Shown here: piece after piece, positions 1-5,093 of the stretch
Numbering within the stretch: the stretch's first letter is position 1
How the letters are laid out: every line of letters begins with the position of its first letter
From: a virus
Lineage: Duplodnaviria > Heunggongvirae > Uroviricota > Caudoviricetes
Strand: one strand, 5' to 3'
DNA: 5,707 nt
Virus record (IMG/VR): IMGVR_UViG_2695420430_000007
Translations under genes and position numbers: made by a program
Notes under the pieces: generated by a model
What the model saw: the letters and a program-made list of their open reading frames with translations, nothing else
The model's database searches: none
Told to the model about the DNA's origin: nothing

Positions 1-215
1 GTAACGACTGGCAGACGCTGGAGCTGGTGTTCACCGCCGGCAGTGCCACGGTTACTCCGAAACTGAATGGAGTGGCTGGCCCGGCATTCCAGGTTATAAA
101 AGACAGTCTGACACTGGGACTGAATGCGCTGACGCTGACGGATGTTACAAAAAATGCAGCGTATGGCGTTGAGATAGAAAGTCTGGTGCTGGAGATAAAT
201 GCACCCGCAGCATAA
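1..215 (+). CDS. 3' end of an unidentified phage late-region protein; gene starts upstream of the window
   Basis: Frame is open from the window start to TAA at 213..215. The translation (..NDWQTLELVFTAGSATVTPKLNGVAGPAFQVIKDSLTLGLNALTLTDVTKNAAYGVEIESLVLEINAPAA) is near-identical to the C-terminus of ORF 632..973. I do not recognise the family. Confidence 0.55.
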   Translation, partial: NDWQTLELVFTAGSATVTPKLNGVAGPAFQVIKDSLTLGLNALTLTDVTKNAAYGVEIESLVLEINAPAA

Positions 216-222
216 TAAAAAA

Positions 223-252
223 AGCCAGCGCCCACTCTGAAGGACGCTGGCT
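223..252. terminator. Hairpin AGCCAGCG-N14-CGCTGGCT preceded by an A-run; reads as hairpin plus T-run on the minus strand
   Basis: Perfect 8-bp inverted repeat at 223..230 and 245..252 with A-run at 214..223. On the plus strand there is no T-run after the stem, so it looks like a minus-strand intrinsic terminator or a conserved structured element. Confidence 0.4.
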
Positions 253-427
253 AAAACGGGTAGATGTACTTCACATGATACTTATATCTGGCAGTACATT
301 TTCTGACAGATAGTGACGGATGTTGTCAAGATATTGTGTCATTTATAACCTGAATCAGGGGAGGCCGGAATGTTATCTGGCATTTTTAGCAGAGCCTGAA
401 TGCCATAATCACGGCTCCCGGAGTTGG

Positions 428-463
428 CCGTCAGTGGGTGACACTGGCGGCTTTTTTGTTTTT
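428..463 (+). terminator. Intrinsic terminator-like hairpin plus T-run upstream of the truncated holin copy (copy of 1341..1376)
   Basis: CCGTCAGTG-GGTGA-CACTGGCGG stem-loop followed by CTTTTTTGTTTTTC. Confidence 0.45.
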
Positions 464-507
464 CTTTACTTTCATTTTCTGTCGGCGGTGACGGAGACAT
501 ACATCAG

Positions 508-627
508 ATGGAAAAAATCACAACAGGTGTGTCATACACCACGTCAGCGGTGGGGACGGGATACTGGTTACTGCAGCTGCTGGACAAAGTCTCTCCGTCC
601 CAGTGGGTGGCAATAAACCGTTCCTGA
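508..627 (+). pseudogene. Truncated pinholin copy: first 35 codons of the S21-like holin fused to 3 foreign codons, then stop
   Basis: ATG at 508 gives [36 protein letters not shown], matching the 1421 holin, then NRS and a stop at 625..627. Homology to the intact gene ends at 614. Confidence 0.7.
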
Positions 628-631
628 TGGT

Positions 632-973
632 GTGGCGATGACGGGTACCGGTAATCCGTTCCTGATGTCGTACTTCACTCAGACCACTGACGGCAGAGTG
701 AATCTGATGCATCACAGGAAAGCCGGAAACACGAAGCTGGGGGAGTTCGGCGGTTACGGTAACGACTGGCAGACGCTGGAGCTGGTGTTCACCGCCGGCA
801 GTGCCACGGTTACTCCGAAACTGAATGGAGTGGCTGGCCCGGCATTCCAGGTTATAAAAGACGGTCTGACACTGGGACTGAATGCGCTGACGCTGACGGA
901 TGTTACAAAAAATGCAGCGTATGGCGTTGAGATAGAAAGTCTGGTGCTGGAGATAAATGCACCGGCAGCATAA
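632..973 (+). pseudogene. Duplicated 3' fragment of the upstream unidentified gene (113 codons from GTG 632 or ATG 638)
   Basis: C-terminal 63 residues are near-identical to ORF 1..215. The frame opens at 617, directly after an in-frame TAA at 614..616, which is the duplication junction. No convincing Shine-Dalgarno precedes 632 or 638. Possibly still expressed. Confidence 0.5.
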
Positions 974-981
974 TAAAAAAA

Positions 982-1016
982 GAGCCAGCGACTGACCTGA
1001 AAGAAGACGCTGGCTA
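982..1016. terminator. Second copy of the A-run plus GCCAGCG/CGCTGGC hairpin
   Basis: GCCAGCG at 984..990 and CGCTGGC at 1008..1014, with A-run at 974..980. Diverged loop relative to the 223..252 copy. Confidence 0.4.
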
Positions 1017-1122
1017 AAAGGCCTTATATGTTTGTAGAGACTTATTTTTCACAGACAGCAATGATGCCTGTCAATATATTATCAATATGCGGATTGTTTC
1101 AGTTACAGATGCTTTATTAAGG

Positions 1123-1165
1123 AAAAAAACAGCCAGCACTGACTTTCGGTGGAGAGGTGCTGGCT
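1123..1165. terminator. Third copy of the A-run plus hairpin element (AGCCAGCAC/GTGCTGGCT)
   Basis: A7 at 1123..1129, perfect 9-bp stem at 1131..1139 and 1157..1165. On the minus strand this reads hairpin plus T7. Confidence 0.4.
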
Positions 1166-1235
1166 CAGAAGGATAGTTGGATTTCACATGATACTTATGC
1201 CTGGCGGTATATTTTCTGACAGACAGTGACGGGTG

Positions 1236-1262
1236 TTGTCAAGATATTGTGTCATTTATAAC
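1236..1262 (+). promoter_or_regulatory. Candidate sigma70-type late promoter (pR'-like), TTGTCA-N15-TATAAC; copy also at ~323..349
   Basis: -35-like TTGTCA at 1236..1241 and -10-like TATAAC at 1257..1262. The 15-bp spacer is suboptimal. A terminator lies ~80 bp downstream and the holin ~160 bp downstream, resembling the lambda pR'/tR' layout. Position-based inference only. Confidence 0.3.
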
Positions 1263-1340
1263 CTGAATCAGGGGAGGCCGGAATGTTATCTGGCATTTTT
1301 AGCAGAGCCTGAATGCCATAATCACGGCTCCCGGAGTTGG

Positions 1341-1376
1341 CCGTCAGTGGGTGACACTGGCGGTTTTTTTGTTTTT
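1341..1376 (+). terminator. Intrinsic terminator-like hairpin plus T-run upstream of the pinholin (tR'-like)
   Basis: Stem CCGTCAGTG at 1341..1349 and CACTGGCGG at 1355..1363 (one mismatch), loop GGTGA, then TTTTTTTGTTTTTC. Confidence 0.45.
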
Positions 1377-1420
1377 CTTTACTTTCATTTTCTGTCGGCG
1401 GTGACGGAGACATACATCAG

Positions 1421-1627
1421 ATGGAAAAAATCACAACGGGTGTGTCATACACCACGTCAGCGGTGGGGACGGGATACTGGTTACTGCAGCTGCTGGACAA
1501 AGTCTCTCCGTCCCAGTGGGTGGCAATCGGTGTGCTGGGGAGTCTGCTGTTTGGCCTGCTGACGTATCTGACTAACCTTTATTTCAAGATTAAAGAAGAT
1601 AAGCGTAAGGTGGCGCGGGGAGAGTAG
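1421..1627 (+). CDS. S: Pinholin, phage 21 S21-like class II holin (68 aa)
   Basis: [68 protein letters not shown] aligns along its length with my recollection of S21 (..[51 protein letters not shown]). Two hydrophobic segments and a basic C-terminus. GGAG at 1406..1409. Confidence 0.9.
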   Translation: MEKITTGVSYTTSAVGTGYWLLQLLDKVSPSQWVAIGVLGSLLFGLLTYLTNLYFKIKEDKRKVARGE

Positions 1628-1848
1628 TCGATGAATAAACAATACGAACTGGTTGTAAAATGAATATTTCTAACTGAAAAAACGTTCCATGAGGTAAGAA
1701 AAGGTCACAGGCAATCAATAACAGGACGTGATGAAAGACCCTTGCATTTGTGCGCTTTCTCTTTAGATAGCAGCAGATACTGAAAATCTGAGTTGTCGGG
1801 GAGTCAGGGATACAGCTGTGCAAGAGTTGGTCATTGTGATTCCATTGA

Positions 1849-1880
1849 AATCCTGTATGCCATGAAGGGCAGGATTTTAT
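1849..1880. terminator. Hairpin AATCCTG-N14-CAGGATT followed by TTTT, next to the stop of the minus-strand ORF
   Basis: 7-bp perfect stem at 1849..1855 and 1870..1876, then TTTTAT. Lies 3 bp beyond the stop of the minus-strand ORF and downstream of the holin on the plus strand. Could serve either strand weakly. Confidence 0.3.
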
Positions 1881-1882
1881 GG

Positions 1883-2197
1883 CTACCTGAGCTTTGGTGA
1901 TAGTAAGTTGAAAATTCGCATTTTTTGCTGACATGCGTAACGAGAATCCCATAAGCAGGGAGGACTTAATTCTTCATTAACCCATGCGTTGATATTATGT
2001 TTCAGCCGTTGAAGCATCAGCGGTGTTAATGTTGTGGTAATAATATCCAGCGTTTTATGTGAGATCTTACCGTAAGGGTCTGCAAGAATGCTGCTTGTTG
2101 CTTCGTTATTATCTGCCATCAGAAGAAGTAACTCTGATTTAACGTTTTCTGTCATTAGTTGTAAAAATCTTCTGCGCAAACTTTCTTTACTGTTCAT
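1883..2197 (-). CDS. Hypothetical 104-aa protein on the opposite strand, inside an AT-rich insert between pinholin and endolysin
   Basis: A 104-codon ORF in AT-rich DNA, where stop codons are frequent. Starts MNSKESLRRRFLQLMTENVK. Perfect TATAAT on the minus strand at 2270..2275. No family recognised; Shine-Dalgarno weak. Confidence 0.45.
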   Translation of the reverse strand: MNSKESLRRRFLQLMTENVKSELLLLMADNNEATSSILADPYGKISHKTLDIITTTLTPLMLQRLKHNINAWVNEELSPPCLWDSRYACQQKMRIFNLLSPKLR

Positions 2198-2314
2198 TTA
2201 TATGGCTTCATTTGTTGTAATCTGCTGCGTCTCAAGGGATATGTTTATGAGAGCGACCATGAGTGTTGGATTATATACCTAACATATCAAGGGATTAGAA
2301 ATCGATAAATCCCC

Positions 2315-2848
2315 ATGAACGAAAAAATAAAATACGGCCTGTCGGCTGCCGTTCTGGCGCTGATTGGTGCAGGTGCTTCTGCGCCTGAAATCCTCGACCA
2401 GTTTCTGGATGAAAAGGAAGGTAACCACACCACGGCATACCGTGATGGTGCGGGGATCTGGACCATCTGCCGTGGTGCCATTCTGGTGGATGGTAAGCCT
2501 GTTATTCCTGGCATGAAGCTGTCAAAGGAAAAATGCGACCGGGTTAATGCCATCGAACGTGACAAGGCTCTGGCATGGGTGGAGAAAAACATCCGGGTGC
2601 CGCTGACCGAACCCCAGAAAGCGGGGATCGCGTCATTCTGTCCGTACAACATTGGCCCCGGTAAGTGCTTCCCGTCGACGTTTTATAAACGAATTAATGC
2701 AGGCGATCGAAAAGGTGCCTGTGAGGCGATTCGCTGGTGGATTAAGGACGGTGGCAGAGACTGCCGTATCCGTTCAAATAATTGCTACGGTCAGGTCTCA
2801 CGGCGTGACCAGGAGAGCGCGCTGGCGTGCTGGGACATCGACAGATAG
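2315..2848 (+). CDS. R: SAR endolysin, T4-lysozyme-like muramidase (GH24), phage 21 R-like (177 aa)
   Basis: N-terminal Gly/Ala-rich weakly hydrophobic segment YGLSAAVLALIGAGASA typical of a signal-anchor-release domain. Catalytic motif E-x8-D-x5-T in EGNHTTAYRDGAGIWT. Overall resemblance to P21 R / RrrD lysozymes as I remember them. Confidence 0.88.
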   Translation: MNEKIKYGLSAAVLALIGAGASAPEILDQFLDEKEGNHTTAYRDGAGIWTICRGAILVDGKPVIPGMKLSKEKCDRVNAIERDKALAWVEKNIRVPLTEPQKAGIASFCPYNIGPGKCFPSTFYKRINAGDRKGACEAIRWWIKDGGRDCRIRSNNCYGQVSRRDQESALACWDIDR

Positions 2849-2937
2849 CAGAATATTTTCCTGAAAAATGACGTTGGCCAACGCGGGTGGATAACACGAA
2901 ATCCTGAAAACTGGTAAAACCTAAGTGAATAAAAGTA

Positions 2938-2977
2938 AAAACCCCGTTTGTTGGCAGCAAGCGGGGTTTTGTGTTTT
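2938..2977 (+). terminator. Rho-independent terminator between endolysin and the spanin genes
   Basis: AAAACCCCG..CGGGGTTTT stem (about 10 bp with wobbles) followed by TTTTGTGTTTT. A-run on the 5' side makes it potentially bidirectional. Confidence 0.6.
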
Positions 2978-3068
2978 CTGACCTTGAGTAAGGCAAGGGA
3001 GAAATTATGGGTAGGGAGGTACTTTCCCTGTGAGGAAGTATAAAAGATTCTTTCTGAGGTTGTCCATT

Positions 3069-3182
3069 ATGAAAGGCATTGAAGTGGAGACGCCAGCCAG
3101 TCTGGATTTAACAAGAGCGGCAGCTTTTGCCATTCGTATTGTGGCCATTGCTGTTCTGGTCTGGGCAATCCGTTGGTGGTGA
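3069..3182 (+). CDS. Hypothetical 37-aa single-pass membrane peptide, stop 1 bp from the Rz start
   Basis: ATG at 3069 with GAGG at 3056..3059 (9-nt spacing). Translation MKGIEVETPASLDLTRAAAFAIRIVAIAVLVWAIRWW has a hydrophobic core and a WW C-terminus. TGA at 3180..3182, Rz ATG at 3184. Too short for the ORF track. Confidence 0.4.
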   Translation: MKGIEVETPASLDLTRAAAFAIRIVAIAVLVWAIRWW

Positions 3183-3183
3183 T

Positions 3184-3651
3184 ATGAACCGTGTTCTGTG
3201 CGTGGTTATCATTGTCCTGCTGGTGGCCTGTGGTGCGCTTAGTCTGGGGCTGAATCATTACCGTGATCACGCCATCATCTACAAAGAGCAGCGCGATAAA
3301 AAAGCCAGTGAGCTGGAGCTGGCGAACGCGACAATTACTGATATGCAGATACGCCAGCGTGATGTCGCTGCACTTGATGCCAGATACTCGAGGGAATTAG
3401 CCGATGCGAGAGCTGAAAATGAAACTCTGCGTGCTGATGTTGCCGCTGGTCGTAAGCGCCTGCGGATCAACGCCACCTGCTCCGGTACCGTGCGTGAAGC
3501 CACCGGCACCTCCGGCGTGGATAATGCAACCGGCCCCCGACTGGCAGACACCGCTGAACGGGATTATTTCATCCTCAGAGAACGGCTGATGGCAATGCAG
3601 AAGCAACTGGAAGGAGCACAGGAATATATCCGTACCCAGTGTATACCGTGA
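3184..3651 (+). CDS. Rz: Rz i-spanin (inner-membrane spanin subunit), 155 aa
   Basis: From ATG 3184: [68 protein letters not shown].. matches my recollection of lambda Rz ([47 protein letters not shown]..). N-terminal TM helix then coiled-coil. The track ORF from 3127 is an upstream in-frame extension. Confidence 0.9.
   Translation: [155 protein letters not shown]
3404..3589 (+). CDS. Rz1: Rz1 o-spanin (outer-membrane lipoprotein), embedded in the +1 frame of Rz
   Basis: MRELKMKLCVLMLPLVVSACGSTPPAPVPCVKPPAPPAWIMQPAPDWQTPLNGIISSSENG: signal peptide with lipobox VSAC, proline-rich mature part, conserved PPAWIMQP..DWQTPLNGIIS as in lambda Rz1. Lies wholly inside Rz in another frame. Confidence 0.88.
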   Translation: MRELKMKLCVLMLPLVVSACGSTPPAPVPCVKPPAPPAWIMQPAPDWQTPLNGIISSSENG

Positions 3652-4116
3652 TGTTTTGTTATGAAGGTGTTACTGGTAACGTTAAGGTAATTTAACAAAG
3701 AGTCAGTTCCGGACTTTATAGTGTGCTCAGTTCATGGCCAAAAACGATTTCTGTGATAAATATTTTGAATATTATTTACAGGTAAATGGAGTGGGGCACA
3801 TGGATAGAAATATTACAATAGAGAATGAAGTATATGCCCGTATTGTATGGGCAGAGAAGGCAAAAACACGGTAATTCCGTGTGTTGCCATGATACCTGAT
3901 TGGCAGAATAGTTGTTTGGTTTTGAGTATATAGTCAGCGTTTTTTGTTCAGTAATTGCTCCCTCAAAAAATAATAAAATAAGGTGATTATTTTTGTTTAT
4001 TATTTAGTTTTTTTTGTGTGTTGTTTTATTGTTTTTGCGTGGTTTGTTTTTTATTGTTATTTCATTAAGGGAAGGTAAATTCAGGATGGCAGTCTGTAGA
4101 TAATCGGAGGTCACTT

Positions 4117-4431
4117 ATGCTACATGATCACGTGGCAGAATGTTTGGAGAAAAAAGGACTGTACCGGAGAGCAGCTGAACGATGGGCAAAAGTGATGGTA
4201 CAGCTAAGTGATGACCAGAAAAGAAAAGTGGCGGCACAGAAACGAGCAGAGTGTTTGCGTAAGGCGCGCCGGACTCCGGTTTCACCGGTGAACCTGACCG
4301 AAATAAAACAAGCGGTCAACAGACTACATTCTGAGTTGGGAATGGGATTTGAAGAGCGGCGGGTATTCCGACGATATAAAGGGACAGGAGAACAGAATAC
4401 GTCCGGAAACGCGCGGTCAAAAAAATGCTAA
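4117..4431 (+). CDS. PerC-family-like small basic protein (Pch-like candidate transcriptional activator), 104 aa
   Basis: GGAGG at 4106..4110, 6 nt before the ATG. N-terminal EKKGLYRRAAERWAKVM resembles the GLWRRAA..RW signature I recall for PerC/Pch. Family assignment from memory; needs an HMM or BLAST check. Confidence 0.55.
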   Translation: MLHDHVAECLEKKGLYRRAAERWAKVMVQLSDDQKRKVAAQKRAECLRKARRTPVSPVNLTEIKQAVNRLHSELGMGFEERRVFRRYKGTGEQNTSGNARSKKC

Positions 4432-4467
4432 AAAATATCTGAGAGAGTTATTGCCTGTTACCATAAG

Positions 4468-4494
4468 AAAAAGCGACTTTAGTGGTCGCTTTTT
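4468..4494. terminator. Bidirectional intrinsic terminator between the convergent PerC-like and YlcI-like genes
   Basis: AAAAAGCGAC-TTTAGTG-GTCGCTTTTT: 6-bp GC stem flanked by A5 and T5, so it is hairpin plus U-run on both strands. Lies between the stop at 4431 (+) and the stop at 4513 (-). Confidence 0.7.
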
Positions 4495-4512
4495 GTGTCA
4501 TATATAAGTCGT

Positions 4513-4737
4513 TTAAGTAAACCTGTCTGAACAGGTGCTCTGGTCGTGTTTGTCTTTGTTGGGTACAAATTGAGAATATTTTTCATTAATTAATCTTCTT
4601 CTGCAGGCTTCAATAACCCACGCTGAAAAATTACCTGAACCTTTCAGGTCAAGAGCGATGTTAATTTGTTCAATTATCTGGTTTGGAAATCGGATGTTGC
4701 GGGTTGTTGTTCTGCGGGTTCTGTTCTTTGATGACAT
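4513..4737 (-). CDS. YlcI-like (DUF3950-like) small protein, 74 aa
   Basis: MSSKNRTRRTTTRNIRFPNQIIEQINIALDLKGSGNFSAWVIEACRRRL.. matches what I remember of E. coli DLP12 YlcI, which sits just upstream of the Nu1 homologue nohD there, as here. From memory, not a search. Confidence 0.55.
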   Translation of the reverse strand: MSSKNRTRRTTTRNIRFPNQIIEQINIALDLKGSGNFSAWVIEACRRRLINEKYSQFVPNKDKHDQSTCSDRFT

Positions 4738-4807
4738 AATGTTGCCCCGTATTCAGTGTTGCTGATTTGTATTATCTGAAGTTGCTTTTACGCTAATTTG
4801 ATGCAGA

Positions 4808-4838
4808 TCAATTAATACGATACCTGCGTAATAATTGA
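4808..4838. promoter_or_regulatory. Imperfect palindrome TCAATTAATACG-N7-CGTAATAATTGA upstream of the YlcI-like gene
   Basis: 12-bp arms with one mismatch, 7-bp spacer, ~70 bp upstream of the minus-strand start at 4737. Candidate operator; function inferred. Confidence 0.3.
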
Positions 4839-4944
4839 TTATTTCTCGTGGTTTGATGGCGTACACACATGTCGTGATAAACCTCATGTAGATGATAATT
4901 ATTATCATTTTCGTGGGTCCTTTCCGGCGATCCGACAGGTTACG

Positions 4945-4956
4945 GGGCGGCGACCT
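4945..4956 (+). other. cos: cosN: lambda-type 12-nt cohesive-end sequence GGGCGGCGACCT
   Basis: 4881..4989 closely matches the lambda right-end/left-end junction as I recall it (..CGACAGGTTACG|GGGCGGCGACCT|CGCGGGTTTTCGCTATTTATGAAAATTTTCCGG). Similarity stops at ~4990 where cosB begins. Confidence 0.85.
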
Positions 4957-4991
4957 CGCGGGTTTTCGCTATTTATGAAAATTTTCCGGGA

Positions 4992-5093
4992 TCCATGTCC
5001 GGTTTCTCTTCAAGTTAACTATATGAAAAATATAAAAACAGGTCTTCTGTGAACCGGACATGAACAAAAAACAGACATGTAAACCGGACATGA
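4992..5093. promoter_or_regulatory. cosB-like region: three copies of AACCGGACATGA (two direct, one inverted) flanking an A/T-rich segment
   Basis: AACCGGACATGA at 5052..5063 and 5082..5093; inverted copy TCCATGTCCGGTT at 4992..5004. A/T-rich 5006..5050 lies between the inverted and direct copies, mirroring the lambda R3-I1-R2-R1 layout with a different repeat sequence. A partial copy CAGACATG sits at 5072..5079. Confidence 0.6.

Larger units (their letters stand above)
1..614. repeat. Copy A of an imperfect tandem duplication (partner 759..1527)
   Basis: 1..215 matches 759..973 at offset 758 with a few substitutions; ~273..614 matches ~1186..1527 at offset 913. Copy B carries ~155 bp extra between the two blocks. 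Homology ends at 614, inside the holin reading frame. Confidence 0.85.
759..1527. repeat. Copy B of the imperfect tandem duplication (partner 1..614)
   Basis: Same alignment as copy A, read by eye. Copy B holds the intact pinholin start; copy A holds the truncated one. Confidence 0.85.

Noticed and set aside
320-616. ORF track entries 320..616 (98 aa) and 1233..1562 (109 aa), near-identical, Cys/Trp-rich
   Set aside because: They run across the promoter/terminator-like region and overlap the holin in another frame. They are duplicated only because the underlying DNA is duplicated. Composition is typical of out-of-frame translation and there is no Shine-Dalgarno.
518-715. Minus-strand ORF, 65 aa
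   Set aside because: Antisense across the duplication junction and holin fragment; no support beyond being open.
1590-1952. Minus-strand ORF, 120 aa
   Set aside because: Overlaps the 3' end of the pinholin and the hairpin at 1849..1880, and overlaps the better-supported 1883..2197 ORF in another frame. Judged spurious, though it cannot be excluded.
2088-2282. Plus-strand ORF, 64 aa, within the AT-rich insert
   Set aside because: Antisense to the N-terminus and putative promoter of the 1883..2197 minus-strand ORF; shorter, with no Shine-Dalgarno. Only one of the two is likely real and the minus-strand ORF is the longer.
2287-2996. ORFs 2287..2652 (-), 2652..2864 (+) and 2742..2996 (-)
   Set aside because: All overlap the well-supported SAR endolysin in antisense or alternative frames; 2742..2996 also runs through the terminator hairpin.
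3127-3183. Upstream in-frame extension of Rz (track start at 3127, MPFVLWPLLFWSG..)
   Set aside because: Homology to lambda Rz begins at the ATG at 3184, which follows GGTGGTGA. The extension overlaps the 37-aa peptide ORF and has no counterpart in Rz.
3067-3606. ORFs 3067..3270 (-), 3279..3551 (-) and 3397..3606 (-), antisense to Rz/Rz1
   Set aside because: Shadow ORFs opposite strongly supported spanin genes.
3962-4064. T-rich tract as a phase-variable simple sequence repeat
   Set aside because: Longest perfect homopolymer is T8 and the reiterated units are irregular; it lies upstream of the coding sequence, not within it. Treated as a curved or AT-rich regulatory tract.
3652-4116. Search for a bor-like lipoprotein gene between Rz and cos
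   Set aside because: No ORF with a signal peptide and lipobox of suitable size on either strand; the region appears to lack bor.
4128-4319. Minus-strand ORF, 63 aa
   Set aside because: Antisense within the PerC-like gene.
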